DNA from: an uncultured Hyphomicrobiaceae bacterium | GTDB taxonomy: Bacteria > Pseudomonadota > Alphaproteobacteria > Rhizobiales > CALHAX01 | NCBI GenBank assembly: GCA_937931785.1 | Contig: CALHAX010000035.1 | Span: forward strand, 1-57,916 | DNA: 57,916 nt | Reading direction: 5' to 3' | Shown: piece after piece, positions 1-10,188 of the stretch | Numbering within the stretch: the first letter of the stretch is position 1 | Layout of the letters: every line of letters begins with the position of its first letter | Notes under the pieces: generated by a model | Database searches by the model: none | Seen by the model: the letters and a program-made list of their open reading frames with translations, nothing else | What the model was told of the DNA's origin: nothing | Position numbers and translations under genes: made by a program

Positions 1-37
1 AGATCGACTAAATATAGCTGGCGAGCTGCAGCTCTGG

Positions 38-307
38 TTGGCCGATGATCTTGAAAAACACAACATACCAGCCAACGCTTTGCTTGCAGCTGAGTTGGTC
101 GCGGACCTTGTTCTAACTAGAACTGAACATAAGAACCGTACAGGAAAGAGCATTCATTTTGATGGCAATGGTGCACGGATCACGAATAGAGATGTTTTCC
201 GGTGCCTAATCGATTGTCGTTCTGTAATCAGGACCGAATATGCAGAGTACAAATCAAATTGCCACAGCATTGAGGAGTGGCCATTAGGATTTCCAAGTTC
301 TCAATAG
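38..307 (+). CDS. hypothetical protein (89 aa) in a low-GC segment; no recognisable family
   Basis: ORF in the only AT-richer part of the window; overlaps a 129-aa minus-strand ORF (228..617), so which of the two is real is unresolved. Confidence 0.25.
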   Translation: MADDLEKHNIPANALLAAELVADLVLTRTEHKNRTGKSIHFDGNGARITNRDVFRCLIDCRSVIRTEYAEYKSNCHSIEEWPLGFPSSQ

Positions 308-398
308 CGCTATGCGTCGTGAATGGTTTCTTAGTCATGTAGGCCTGACTATTCCGTGGAACTTTAAATTCAGAAAATGTCTCTTCATGACCCATCCT

Positions 399-417
399 CT
401 TCTGGAATTTCCAGAAG
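399..417. promoter_or_regulatory. 19-bp perfect palindrome cTTCTGGaa-t-ttCCAGAAg (operator or hairpin candidate)
   Basis: Read directly: cttctggaa t ttccagaag; it shares the TTCTGG/CCAGAA half-sites with the palindrome at 674..693. Confidence 0.3.
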
Positions 418-673
418 CAGACAGGACACGTTAATCGAGTCGCGATTAAAATGATCGCCACAACAGTATCAGTCGAGACCCATATCGTCCCTGCTTCATA
501 GGGCGAGCCCAAACTCTCATCTCCCCACTTCGTCTCCCTGACGCACGTCAGGATCCAGGAGTCTGGCGGCTTGGGAAATTTTTGTAGCGGCCACTGAAGG
601 TGCGTCTGATCGCTCATTTTTTACATTGCGACGTGCGGCTGCGAGAGGCCTGAACGGAACGTGAAACGGCTGG

Positions 674-693
674 ATTCTGGCGTTCGCCAGAAT
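674..693. promoter_or_regulatory. inverted repeat aTTCTGGcg-tt-cgCCAGAAt, ~85 bp upstream of the LysE-family gene
   Basis: 9-bp arms with a 2-nt spacer; same half-site core as 399..417. Confidence 0.3.
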
Positions 694-776
694 GACGGCG
701 GTGGGCTTCTCCGGTCGGATTGACTTCGTGACTGCGCCCACTTCCACGCCTCCGACGATGCTGATAGCCTTGCGGC

Positions 777-1424
777 ATGATACTCGACCCTTCACTTACG
801 GCGGCCTATGTGGTGGTTGCGGCGGCGTTGGCGATTTCGCCGGGGCCGGATGTGTTGTTCGTTGTGGCGAACGGGATGCGTCATCATGCACGGGGAGCGA
901 TCGCGTCGGCGCTCGGGATTGGAGCGGGTTCGCTGGTGCATGCGGTTGCGGCGGCGGTGGGCGTTTCGGCCCTCATAGCGGCGTCACCTGTAGCGTTCGA
1001 TGTGCTCCGCTATGCCGGTGCGCTGTATCTCGCGTACCTCGGGTTTCAGGCGCTCCACGCGTGGTACAGGAACGCGGCGCAAGCTGATGATGCGGTCACG
1101 CTGGTTGAGACGACGACGTGGCGCATATTCCAGCGTGGTCTGACAACGAACATTCTCAATCCGAAAGTCGTCGTGTTCTATCTGGCGTTGTTGCCCCAGT
1201 TCGTGAATGCCGCGCTCGGTCACGTCGGACTGCAGATTTTCCTCCTGGGCTGCATTCACAACGTGTTCGGCCTGACGTTCCTGTTGGGCATCGGGCTCGC
1301 GGCAGGACGGGCGTCCGGCTGGCTGGCGACCACCAGCTTCGGGCGCTGGATGGACGGGATTGCGGGGGTGTTCTTTATTGGCCTTGCGGTGCGTTTGGCG
1401 CTATCGGGAAAGCCGGAGCAGTAG
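777..1424 (+). CDS. LysE/RhtB-family amino-acid exporter (215 aa)
   Basis: Multi-TM protein; the N-terminus (PGPDVLFVV..G) and overall profile are typical of the LysE translocator family; ATG at 777. Confidence 0.8.
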   Translation: MILDPSLTAAYVVVAAALAISPGPDVLFVVANGMRHHARGAIASALGIGAGSLVHAVAAAVGVSALIAASPVAFDVLRYAGALYLAYLGFQALHAWYRNAAQADDAVTLVETTTWRIFQRGLTTNILNPKVVVFYLALLPQFVNAALGHVGLQIFLLGCIHNVFGLTFLLGIGLAAGRASGWLATTSFGRWMDGIAGVFFIGLAVRLALSGKPEQ

Positions 1425-1530
1425 AGCCGGAAGGTGAGCGTCCAGAGGCATTGTCATCTTGGGGACGCTGGCCTGGAACACCCGCGCGTACCTGCTCCCC
1501 CTCTGGCAACCCGGTCACCACGCAACAGAA

Positions 1531-1554
1531 AGCCGGGACCCTTTTGCCCCGGCT
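1531..1554. terminator. intrinsic terminator-like hairpin between convergent genes (agccggg-N10-cccggct)
   Basis: 7-bp GC stem followed by TTTCTGA on the plus strand; lies between the LysE stop (1424) and the stop of the minus-strand gene (1590). Confidence 0.5.
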
Positions 1555-1589
1555 TTCTGACACCCTGACCCACGGTCCATTCGATCGTG

Positions 1590-2984
1590 TCAGGAACAGA
1601 CCTGTATGCCATTCAACGTAATACACACGCCGGGTTTGATCTTTGGTTTGGAGCCTTTGCGCAGCACGCAGGCGCGTCCTGTGAACACGCGGCCGCCGGA
1701 GCATTTGCAGGTATTGCCACGCGAAAATGCGAACTTGATCTTGGAACAGCGGATTTTCGGGCGAACCGTTCCACCCCCTGTCTTTGGGCGTCGGCATTTG
1801 CCCTGGATGTTCTTCTTACCACGCGGACAGACGCAATAGCCCTTACGGAGCAGGAAGCCAGCGGGACACGACGTGTTGCCGCGATCGTCGTCAAGTTCCT
1901 CATTGCGCAGGCAACGGCTGCCGACACGTTCGTGCCCCTTGCGACAGACGCATCTCTTGCGGCTCTTGCTGTAGTATTCACCACTCGAACAGCTGATCCG
2001 CACCCGATTGCAGCGATATTTGTTGCGCCCGGTCCGGACGCGTTCACGCCCACTTCTGCACCTGCAGCTGCCGTTTTTCACGTAGCCATTGATGCATGTG
2101 ATGCGCGGCTGTATCGGACGTGTGATCGGCTCGTCGTCATCACTGTCGTCGTAGCCTCGGTCCGTATCGGTGTCCTCCATGGACACAAAGCGCCAGTGAC
2201 CGCGCGGGCCTTCGGGTTGTCCGTTCGCCACATAGAGAAACCGGTCGTCTTCATCGGTCCAGAGATATCGCCCGCGTGGCCGGTTGCGCAAAACGAAATG
2301 ATCGCTCCCGTCTGCCGCCCGTTCGATTGTCCAGTGGGTCGAGCGGTCGCTGCGGGGTCTGCGATGCGACTGCGCCGACTGGCCATCCAGAAGAAGGTAG
2401 GTTCCCTTCCAGCTGTTGCGGATCCGCACGAACTTCGTGCCAGGGACTTGTTCAAAGAACCAGTGTCCACTGCGCCGATCCAGTGCGTTCGGTACGACGG
2501 TCACAAGGCCAGGCCGCGTGTTGTTCACATAGACGCCACGCATCCCGCGTGCTGCAAGGCGGAAAGGGCCAGGGAGTTCTGACGCTCGCACATAGTCGAT
2601 GGTGTCGTCGTCACCACTGGGTTCAGTCTGATCATTCTGCTGGTTGCTGCTTCCGCCAGTTTGACTGGATTCCAGTTTCCGGATGTAAGACTTGGCGATG
2701 GCTGCGCGGAAGCCATGTGGGAACTTGATGAGATAGGCTTGCCAGACCTCGAGCGAGTTCACATCTTTTGCCAGCTCAAATGCCTCCTTCTCGGAAACAT
2801 CCTGTGCAACGCGCCATGATTTCGTTGCCGAGGATCGGGGCTCGATGAACCTGCTGTTCGGCACTGCCTCACCACGCATTGCCGACGTACCATTTGTAAC
2901 CGTTGCGGCCTGCGCCTCAGAACCGGCTGTCACGGCAAAGATTGTCACGAAACAGACGATAGTATCTCGAATTTTGAACAGCAT
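1590..2984 (-). CDS. secreted multi-domain protein (464 aa): signal peptide, helical module, beta-trefoil-like triple repeat, acidic linker, basic Cys-rich repeat region
   Basis: N-terminal hydrophobic signal ending ..AGSEAQA. Three spaced repeats: GHWFFEQV..VRIRNSWKGTYL, THWTIERA..FVLRNRPRGRYLW, GHWRFVSM. The C-terminal ~185 aa is K/R-rich with ~30 Cys in units C-x2-G-[FY]-x3-6-C-x-C-x2-G-x5-8-C. Confidence 0.65.
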   Translation of the reverse strand: MLFKIRDTIVCFVTIFAVTAGSEAQAATVTNGTSAMRGEAVPNSRFIEPRSSATKSWRVAQDVSEKEAFELAKDVNSLEVWQAYLIKFPHGFRAAIAKSYIRKLESSQTGGSSNQQNDQTEPSGDDDTIDYVRASELPGPFRLAARGMRGVYVNNTRPGLVTVVPNALDRRSGHWFFEQVPGTKFVRIRNSWKGTYLLLDGQSAQSHRRPRSDRSTHWTIERAADGSDHFVLRNRPRGRYLWTDEDDRFLYVANGQPEGPRGHWRFVSMEDTDTDRGYDDSDDDEPITRPIQPRITCINGYVKNGSCRCRSGRERVRTGRNKYRCNRVRISCSSGEYYSKSRKRCVCRKGHERVGSRCLRNEELDDDRGNTSCPAGFLLRKGYCVCPRGKKNIQGKCRRPKTGGGTVRPKIRCSKIKFAFSRGNTCKCSGGRVFTGRACVLRKGSKPKIKPGVCITLNGIQVCS

Positions 2985-3154
2985 GTTGGTCCCCCCGGCC
3001 CGAACGTACCCAACTTGTCCGATTGCTGGGCATTAATGTAGACCCAAGTAGAAATATAACTCTACCGATCGCAAGATATTAGTTGTTCCATCCTGAAATA
3101 TATCTTTGCAGGCCGCCCGAACTGACACGTTCGTGGGCTGGGTTCCCGACCTTC

Positions 3155-3194
3155 AAAAGAAAAGGCCGGGAACGTTTCCGCTCCCGGCCTTTTG
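3155..3194 (-). terminator. Rho-independent terminator downstream of pnp
   Basis: ggccggga-N11-tcccggcc stem; the minus-strand transcript continues UUUUCUUUUG. Confidence 0.7.
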
Positions 3195-3219
3195 CAATCT
3201 CAATGGTTCGGCGGTCAGA

Positions 3220-5391
3220 CTAGTCCCGACGGCGCGGACGGCGATTGCCGCCGCCTTTCGGGCCCTGGTCATCGTCTTCCATGCCTTCGATCTGTTTGCC
3301 CGTTTCCTGATCAACGACTTTCATGGACAGGCGGACCTTGCCGCGATCATCAAGGCCGACGAGCTTGACGTAGACTTCCTGGCCTTCCTTCACGACCTGA
3401 TCGACCGTGTCGGGACGCATTTCGTTGGTCAACTGAGAGATGTGAACCAGTCCGTCTTTCGGACCGAAGAAGTTCACGAAGGCGCCGAAGTCGACAACTT
3501 TCACGACCTTGCCCTTATAGATGGCACCGACTTCCGGCTCTGAGACAATCGCATTGATCATGTCCTTGGCCTTGTTGATGGCATCGGCGCTGGACGCTGC
3601 AATCTTGATGATGCCCTCATCATCGATGTTCACCTTGGCACCAGATTCCTCAACGATGCCGCGGATCACGGAACCACCCTGGCCGATGACTTCACGGATC
3701 TTGTCCGTCTTGATCTGCATGGTCTCAATGCGTGGAGCGTGTTCGCCCAACTCGTCACGGCCTTCGGTCAATGCCTTGGACATTTCACCGAGGATGTGGT
3801 TCCGGCCACCGTGTGCCTGATCCAGAGCGATCTTCATGATCTCTTCGGTGATCCCGGTGATCTTGATGTCCATCTGGAGCGACGTGATGCCGACTTCGGT
3901 TCCTGCGACCTTAAAGTCCATATCGCCGAGGTGGTCTTCATCACCGAGGATGTCGGAGAGGACGGCGAACTCATCGCCTTCCTTGATTAAGCCCATGGCA
4001 ATACCAGCAACAGGACGCTTGAGCGGAACACCGGCATCCATCATGGCGAGCGACGTACCGCAAACAGTTGCCATCGAGGATGAACCATTGGATTCCGTGA
4101 TTTCGGAGACCGCACGCAGCGTGTACGGGAACTCTTCCGCGGATGGCAGCAACGGCCGCATGGCCCGCCATGCCAGTTTGCCGTGTCCGACTTCACGACG
4201 GCCGGTAAAGCCGACCCGACCCACTTCACCGACCGAGAATGGTGGGAAGTTGTAATGGAGTAAAAACTTCTCGCGGTAGGTGCCTTCGAGCGCGTCAATG
4301 AACTGCTCATCCTCACCTGTGCCGAGGGTCATGACGACGAGCGCCTGGGTTTCACCACGTGTGAACAGGGCCGAACCGTGTGTGCGTGGCAAAACGCCTA
4401 CTTCAGCAACGATCGGGCGCACCGTTTCAAGGTCGCGTCCGTCAATGCGTTTGCGGGTTTTCAGGATGTCCCAACGGACCACATCTTTCTCGAGGTTTTT
4501 GAATACACCTCCGATTTTTGCGCCTTCGGTTCCATTGTCATCCTCAGGTAGAAGTTCGCTCATCACTGCAGATTTCGCAGCAGCAACCTGGTTCTGTCGT
4601 TCCATTTTCTCCGGCGTTGCGAAGGCTTTGCGGAGTGCATCTTCAGCAATGCGCTTGACGTCAGCATCGTATTTCGATGTGTCGACTGTCTTGATGTCCC
4701 ATGGCTCTTTCGCTGCCTTTTCCGCAAGGCGGATAATTGCATCGATGACAGGCTGGAAGCTTTTGTGACCGAACATCACGGCCTTGAGCATTTGATCTTC
4801 AGTTAGCTCCTTGGCTTCAGACTCCACCATCAAAACCGCATCGCCTGTGCCTGCAACAACGAGATCGAGATCGGAATTTTCCATCTCGTCGATCATCGGG
4901 TTGAGCACATATTCGCCATCAATCATGCCCACGCGAGCTGCACCAATCGGGCCCATGAACGGCAGGCCGGAGATGGTCAATGCTGCGGACGTTGCGACCA
5001 GCGCAACGATGTCGGGATCGTTTTCCAGATCGTGTGAGAGCACGTTGCAGATGATCTGGGTTTCGTTCTTGAAGCCACCGGCGAAAAGCGGACGGATCGG
5101 GCGATCGATCAGGCGACACACAAGTGTCTCCTTTTCCGATGGGCGACCTTCACGCTTGAAATAGCCGCCCGGGATCTTGCCCGCTGCGTAGCTCTTTTCC
5201 TGGTAATTCACAGTGAGGGGGAAAAAATCGATCCCGGCGCGGGCTTCGCGTGCAGCTGTTGCAGTCGCGAGCACACTGGTTTCGCCATAGGTCACCAGCA
5301 CGGCTCCATCGGCCTGACGCGCCATACGGCCCGTCTCAATGGTGAGCGTGCGGCCGCCCCATTCGAGTTCTTCCTTGGATATCGTAAACAT
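3220..5391 (-). CDS. pnp: polynucleotide phosphorylase (PNPase), ~723 aa
   Basis: [16 protein letters not shown].. N-terminus, two RNase PH-like halves, KH and S1 C-terminal domains. The ORF track over-extends by 83 aa; I place the start at the internal ATG at 5391. Confidence 0.95.
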   Translation of the reverse strand: MFTISKEELEWGGRTLTIETGRMARQADGAVLVTYGETSVLATATAAREARAGIDFFPLTVNYQEKSYAAGKIPGGYFKREGRPSEKETLVCRLIDRPIRPLFAGGFKNETQIICNVLSHDLENDPDIVALVATSAALTISGLPFMGPIGAARVGMIDGEYVLNPMIDEMENSDLDLVVAGTGDAVLMVESEAKELTEDQMLKAVMFGHKSFQPVIDAIIRLAEKAAKEPWDIKTVDTSKYDADVKRIAEDALRKAFATPEKMERQNQVAAAKSAVMSELLPEDDNGTEGAKIGGVFKNLEKDVVRWDILKTRKRIDGRDLETVRPIVAEVGVLPRTHGSALFTRGETQALVVMTLGTGEDEQFIDALEGTYREKFLLHYNFPPFSVGEVGRVGFTGRREVGHGKLAWRAMRPLLPSAEEFPYTLRAVSEITESNGSSSMATVCGTSLAMMDAGVPLKRPVAGIAMGLIKEGDEFAVLSDILGDEDHLGDMDFKVAGTEVGITSLQMDIKITGITEEIMKIALDQAHGGRNHILGEMSKALTEGRDELGEHAPRIETMQIKTDKIREVIGQGGSVIRGIVEESGAKVNIDDEGIIKIAASSADAINKAKDMINAIVSEPEVGAIYKGKVVKVVDFGAFVNFFGPKDGLVHISQLTNEMRPDTVDQVVKEGQEVYVKLVGLDDRGKVRLSMKVVDQETGKQIEGMEDDDQGPKGGGNRRPRRRD

Positions 5392-5682
5392 ACGTTCGTT
5401 CTTTCTTGGTCGTGCACATCGGCGGATTCCGATATGCTTCTTCCGGACCCTTGGTCCGGTACGGCGGAAGGACTTGATGTCCGCCTCATCAATGTTTGCG
5501 GCCAGTAAGCCGGCCGCGTTCAGCTGGAAATTTTCGTTAGCACTACAAAACAAAAACGCGCTCCCGAAATGGCTTTTCCGACATCGTAGGAAATGCCAAC
5601 CCACTGCCCGCATAGAAACAGCGGGTGCGTTATGATTCAATGTGAATCAAACGCACGACAGGAGCGCGTCTCGCGTGCCGTG
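5392..5682 (-). other. rpsO terminator hairpin plus structured pnp 5' leader (~290 nt)
   Basis: GC-rich hairpins immediately after the rpsO stop, followed on the minus strand by a U-rich stretch; a long untranslated spacer precedes pnp, as in pnp autoregulatory leaders. Confidence 0.4.
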
Positions 5683-5952
5683 CTAGCGGCGAATGCCGAG
5701 TTTCTGAATCAGGTCGCGATATTTTGCGTCGTCCTTCGCCTTGATGTAGTCAAGGTGGCGGCGACGTTGCGAGACCATTTTCAGGAGCCCGCGACGCGAA
5801 TGATTGTCTTTCTTGTGGGTCTTGAAGTGCTCGGTCAGGTTGGTGATCCGTTCGGTCAACACCGCAACCTGCACTTCTGGCGATCCCGTATCGCTCGGGT
5901 TAATCGCGTATTCCTTTATGAGCGCCTGTTTGCGCTCGGCTTCAATCGACAT
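5683..5952 (-). CDS. rpsO: 30S ribosomal protein S15 (89 aa)
   Basis: [15 protein letters not shown].. through ..LIQKLGIRR; internal start at 5952, since the ORF track adds 8 aa. Confidence 0.95.
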   Translation of the reverse strand: MSIEAERKQALIKEYAINPSDTGSPEVQVAVLTERITNLTEHFKTHKKDNHSRRGLLKMVSQRRRHLDYIKAKDDAKYRDLIQKLGIRR

Positions 5953-6013
5953 CGTGAACTCCTCAAAAGTCGACATTTCGGGGGGACCCGGCTTGATTTC
6001 GCGGGTGCGAAGA

Positions 6014-6940
6014 TCAGGCAGTCAGGTTGAAAACGCGGGTTGGCCGCATTTCTCCATGATGCACTTCACCCAACGCGATCAAAGTGCCGCGCGAATGGGC
6101 GTAGACAGGTCCTTTCAGGATAGGAGCGTCGCGGCCTCGCAAGAGAACCGCCTGCCCCCGTTTCAATCGCGCTGCGTCGTCTGAACTGACGGGCAAGGCC
6201 GGGATGTCGTCCAGCGCACTCTCGACCGGGTCGAGAACGCCTTCCAGTTCGGCGCGATCGGCGGCCTTATCGCTGATTTCCTGCAATTTATCCAGTGAAA
6301 TCGCATTTTCTTCGGTAAATGGCCCGACGCGAGTCCGACGCAACGCCGTAACATGGCCGAGACAGCCGAGTTTCAGGCCCAAATCACGAGCAATCGCGCG
6401 CACATAAGTGCCCTTGCCGCAGGCCGCTTCGAGAACCGCTGAGTTGGCATCCGGCATGTCGACAAGCTCCAGCGTGTCGATGAACACCTGGCGGGCAGCG
6501 ATTTCGAACTCTTCGCCATCACGGGCCAGATCATAGGCCCGCGCGCCGTCGATGCGAATGGCCGAGAAGCGCGGAGGCGTTTGCATGATCTCGCCTGTAA
6601 ACTCCGGCAGAGCAGCTTCGACATCTGCACGGGACGGACGGACGGAGCATTCGGCGACGAGCGTTCCTTCGGTGTCGTCTGTGGTGGTTTGAACGCCCCA
6701 TGAGACAGTAAACCGATAGCCTTTTTCACCGTCCATCACGAAAGGGACGGTCTTTGTTGCCTCACCAAATGCGAGCGGCAGGATACCTGTCGCGAGTGGA
6801 TCAAGCGTGCCAGCATGACCTGCCTTCTGCGCATTGAAAATACGCTTGGTGCGTCCAACGGCTTGTGTCGACGTCAACCCGAGTGGTTTGTCGAGGATCA
6901 GCCAACCATTGACCGGCAATCCCTTCTTCTTACGTGCCAT
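6014..6940 (-). CDS. truB: tRNA pseudouridine(55) synthase TruB (~308 aa)
   Basis: [31 protein letters not shown] motif. The upstream 26 aa of the ORF track are encoded by the repeat array, so the start is at 6940. Confidence 0.9.
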   Translation of the reverse strand: MARKKKGLPVNGWLILDKPLGLTSTQAVGRTKRIFNAQKAGHAGTLDPLATGILPLAFGEATKTVPFVMDGEKGYRFTVSWGVQTTTDDTEGTLVAECSVRPSRADVEAALPEFTGEIMQTPPRFSAIRIDGARAYDLARDGEEFEIAARQVFIDTLELVDMPDANSAVLEAACGKGTYVRAIARDLGLKLGCLGHVTALRRTRVGPFTEENAISLDKLQEISDKAADRAELEGVLDPVESALDDIPALPVSSDDAARLKRGQAVLLRGRDAPILKGPVYAHSRGTLIALGEVHHGEMRPTRVFNLTA

Positions 6941-7110
6941 GCTTTCTTGCAATCCCTGTCGCGGCCGAGCCGCTCCACGCCTCTTGGTGCTTTCCCTGTC
7001 GCGGCTGAGCCGCTCCACGCCTCTTGGTGCTTTCCCTGTCGCGGCTGAGCCGCTCCACGCCTTTTGGTGCTTTCCCTGTCGCGGCCAAGCCGCTCCACGC
7101 CTCTTGGTAG
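6941..7110. repeat. tandem array of ~4.2 copies of a 40-bp unit (tttccctgtcgcggcYRagccgctccacgcctcttggtgc), each with a gcggc-N3-gccgc hairpin
   Basis: Copies read directly at 6951..6990, 6991..7030, 7031..7070 and 7071..7110, with 1-3 substitutions between units; the array fills the whole rbfA-truB spacer. Confidence 0.9.
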
Positions 7111-7122
7111 TGTTCTTGTTGT

Positions 7123-7518
7123 TCAGTCGCGTTCGAGGTCACGGGCGACAGCGGGGGATTTAAGAGCTTGTTCGATTTTCTGACTTTCATCAAAAGATCG
7201 ATCGATCTTGAAATCGAGTGCCGGGGTGAACTTGAGATCCACTTTGTGTCCCAGTTCTCCACGAAGGAACTTCGTATGCCGATTGAGGGCGGCAATCACA
7301 ACGTCTGCTTTTTCTCCCCCCAAAGGCATGACATACGCAACTGCATTGCGACCATCAGGACTGACGCGCACTTCGGTTACGGTGATGAACGTGCCAACGA
7401 GATCGTCGTCACGAATTTCCGTTTCGCGAAAGATTTCAGCAAGAGCGTGGCGCACAACTTCGCCCATGCGCAACTGGCGCTGGGACGGGCCAGAAGGCTT
7501 TTTGGACCGATCGGACAT
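7123..7518 (-). CDS. rbfA: ribosome-binding factor A (131 aa)
   Basis: SQRQLRMGEVVRHALAEIF.. typical RbfA; position between infB and truB. Confidence 0.9.
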   Translation of the reverse strand: MSDRSKKPSGPSQRQLRMGEVVRHALAEIFRETEIRDDDLVGTFITVTEVRVSPDGRNAVAYVMPLGGEKADVVIAALNRHTKFLRGELGHKVDLKFTPALDFKIDRSFDESQKIEQALKSPAVARDLERD

Positions 7519-7608
7519 CGGTCTTCTCCTCTATATCCAAAATGCGGTGCGGGTCTTGGCCATAACACCAGCGAATTTGCCAGCATCCAAGCTGGTCCCG
7601 CAGTCGCC

Positions 7609-10188
7609 CTAAAGCGACCGCGCGATTTCTTCTGTTGTGAAGCACTCAATGACATCGCCGACGCGCATGTCTTCGTATTTTTCGAACGCCATGCCGCATT
7701 CCTGGCCACCTTGCACATCCTTCACTTCGTCCTTGAAGCGTTTCAGTGTGGACAGTGTGCCTTCGTGAATAACAACATCGTCGCGGATCAGGCGAACTTT
7801 TGCTCCGCGCTCCACTTTGCCTTCTGTAACCCGGCAACCGGCAACCTTGCCGGTTTTCGAGATGTTGAAGATCTCGAGGATTTCAGCGTTACCAAGGAAC
7901 GTTTCGCGGATGGTCGGTGCGAGCATGCCTGACATGGCATCCTTCACGTCGTTCACCAGATCGTAGATGATCGCGTACTGACGGATCTCAACGCCGTTCG
8001 ATGACGCAGCCTGCTTGGCCTGTGTATTGGCCCGCGTGTTGAACGCCATGACCACCGCGTTCGATGCTGCAGCGAGTGAGATGTCCGATTCTGTCACGCC
8101 ACCGACGCCAGAATGGATAATGCGGGCGGCAACCTCATCCGTGTTCAACTTCTCAAGCGCTCCAGCAATCGCTTCTGCGGAGCCCTGTACGTCTGCTTTC
8201 ACCAGCAGCGGGAACTCCTGCAGATCCGCTTCCTTGAGCTGGCTCATCATCTGTTCGAGTGAGCGAGTCCCGCCAGCACCGGCCGAGCGCATATCCCGGC
8301 GCTTGCGTTCGCGATATTCGGTGATCTCGCGCGCGGTGGCTTCGTCGTCCGCCACAGCAAAAACATCACCAGCTTCTGGAGCCGCATTGAAACCGAGGAT
8401 CTCAACCGGAACGGATGGTCCTGCTTCCTGAACCTGTTCGCCGTGGTCGTTGATCAACGCGCGCACCTTACCCCATGCTGCGCCGGCCACAACGATATCG
8501 CCAACCCGCAACGTGCCGCGCTGAACGAGTACAGTGCCCACTGGTCCACGACCACGTTCAAGCTTGGCTTCGACCACGACACCTTCAGCCTGGCGGTCCG
8601 GGTTCGCCTTGAGTTCGAGTATTTCTGCCTGGATGGCAATCGCTTCAAGCAATTTGTCGAGACCCTGCTTTTTCAGCGCAGAGACTTCGACTTCGAGCGT
8701 CTCACCGCTCATGCTTTCAACGATGACTTCGTGCTGAAGCAATTCGGTGCGCACCCGGTTCGGGTCGACATCCGGCAGATCGATCTTGTTGATCGCCACG
8801 ATCATCGGCACATTCGCCGCCTTTGCGTGGTTGATCGCTTCAATGGTTTGCGGCATCACGCCGTCGTTGGCGGCCACAACGAGCACAACGATATCCGTGC
8901 ACTTGGCGCCCCGCGCGCGCATGGCGGTGAACGCCTCATGGCCCGGTGTGTCAATGAAAGCGATTTCCGAACCGTCGGAAGCATTCACGCGGTAAGCACC
9001 GATGTGCTGCGTGATTCCGCCTGCTTCGCCCGCCACAACATTGGCCTGACGCAGCGCGTCAAGAAGTGAAGTCTTGCCGTGGTCGACGTGGCCCATGATG
9101 GTCACGATCGGTGCACGTGATTCCATGTGCGCCGGATCGTCTTCCTCACGTTCCAGAACGTCCTCGACATCCGCCTCCGACACACGCTTCACTGTGTGAC
9201 CGAATTCCGTGGCGATCAGTTCCGCCGTGTCAGTATCGATCACGTCGTTGATCTTGTGCATCTCGCCCTCTTTCATGAGGAACTTGATGACATCCACACC
9301 CCGCTCCGTCATGCGGTTGGCGAGTTCCTGGATCGTGATGACCTCAGGAATGATTACTTCGCGAGAGATCTTGTCACGGGGTGCGAGCTGACCGGCAGCT
9401 CTCGATTTTTCCCGTTCGCGCTTGCGGCGCAACGAGGCGAGCGAACGTTCGCGTTGGCCTTCGTCAAGTGCGTTGTTGATTGTCAGGCGGCCGCGATGGC
9501 GCCGATCTTCCGCTGTCTTGCGCGCAGGCTGACGTGGTTGTTCCTGCGGTTTTTTGCGCGGGTCAACCTTGCCGGCTGGTGCCGGACGCTTCGGTGACGC
9601 CTCTGCCTTGAGTGCTGCTGCTTCTGCCGCTGCGACATCGAGCACAACAGGAGCCACTGCCTCTTTCTCAACAGGTGCCGGCTTTGGCGCGGGTTTCTCT
9701 GCTTCCTGCGCAGCATCGCCAGCTTCTTCACGGCGTTTGGCTTCAATCAAAGCCTGACGCTTCGCCTCTGCCTCGGCAGCCGCCAACCTGGCATCTTCCT
9801 CTGCGCGACGTTTGGCTTCCGCTTCCGCCTTAACCTTTTCCTCGGCTTCGCGCGCACGTGCAGCAGTTAACGCCCGGAGACGCGCATCTTTCTCGTCATT
9901 CGAAAGATTTCGACCCACAGACCCCGGCGCGCCTCCGCCCCCCTTCGGGCGCTGCGCTGGTTTTGCCGGTGCTTTCGTCTTCGTTTCGACGACTGTGCGC
10001 TCCACAACCGCCGCTTCCGCCTTGGCTTCGCCAGACGGCGCGGTGATCGTGCGCTTCTTGCGCTTCTCCACCACAACGGACTTGGACCGTCCGTGGGAGA
10101 AATTCTGGCGGACGTGGCCGGCATCGACGGTGCGCTTGAGACTCAGCGTCAGCGTCTTGCTGCCCTCGTTGTCATTTGTTTCGCTCAT
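7609..10188 (-). CDS. infB: translation initiation factor IF-2 (859 aa)
   Basis: GTPase G-domain ([12 protein letters not shown]), Ala/Glu/Lys-rich N-terminal region, conserved C-terminal beta-barrels. Confidence 0.95.
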   Translation of the reverse strand: MSETNDNEGSKTLTLSLKRTVDAGHVRQNFSHGRSKSVVVEKRKKRTITAPSGEAKAEAAVVERTVVETKTKAPAKPAQRPKGGGGAPGSVGRNLSNDEKDARLRALTAARAREAEEKVKAEAEAKRRAEEDARLAAAEAEAKRQALIEAKRREEAGDAAQEAEKPAPKPAPVEKEAVAPVVLDVAAAEAAALKAEASPKRPAPAGKVDPRKKPQEQPRQPARKTAEDRRHRGRLTINNALDEGQRERSLASLRRKREREKSRAAGQLAPRDKISREVIIPEVITIQELANRMTERGVDVIKFLMKEGEMHKINDVIDTDTAELIATEFGHTVKRVSEADVEDVLEREEDDPAHMESRAPIVTIMGHVDHGKTSLLDALRQANVVAGEAGGITQHIGAYRVNASDGSEIAFIDTPGHEAFTAMRARGAKCTDIVVLVVAANDGVMPQTIEAINHAKAANVPMIVAINKIDLPDVDPNRVRTELLQHEVIVESMSGETLEVEVSALKKQGLDKLLEAIAIQAEILELKANPDRQAEGVVVEAKLERGRGPVGTVLVQRGTLRVGDIVVAGAAWGKVRALINDHGEQVQEAGPSVPVEILGFNAAPEAGDVFAVADDEATAREITEYRERKRRDMRSAGAGGTRSLEQMMSQLKEADLQEFPLLVKADVQGSAEAIAGALEKLNTDEVAARIIHSGVGGVTESDISLAAASNAVVMAFNTRANTQAKQAASSNGVEIRQYAIIYDLVNDVKDAMSGMLAPTIRETFLGNAEILEIFNISKTGKVAGCRVTEGKVERGAKVRLIRDDVVIHEGTLSTLKRFKDEVKDVQGGQECGMAFEKYEDMRVGDVIECFTTEEIARSL

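Noticed and set aside
1587-2582. 331-aa plus-strand ORF, Ala/Arg-rich
   Set aside because: It lies entirely antisense to the Cys-rich secreted-protein gene; this composition is typical of shadow ORFs in high-GC DNA, and I see no RBS or family resemblance.
6941-7110. Possible CRISPR array
   Set aside because: The repeats are directly abutting with no unique spacers and no cas genes; this is a tandem repeat, not CRISPR.
6834-7163. ORFs 6834..7163 (+) and 6898..7098 (-) with repetitive peptide sequence (ERLGRDRESTKRRGAA..)
   Set aside because: Their periodicity comes entirely from the 40-bp tandem DNA repeat; they are repeat artefacts rather than genes.
7168-7932. 254-aa plus-strand ORF
   Set aside because: Antisense to rbfA and to the infB 3' end, which are strongly conserved; shadow ORF.
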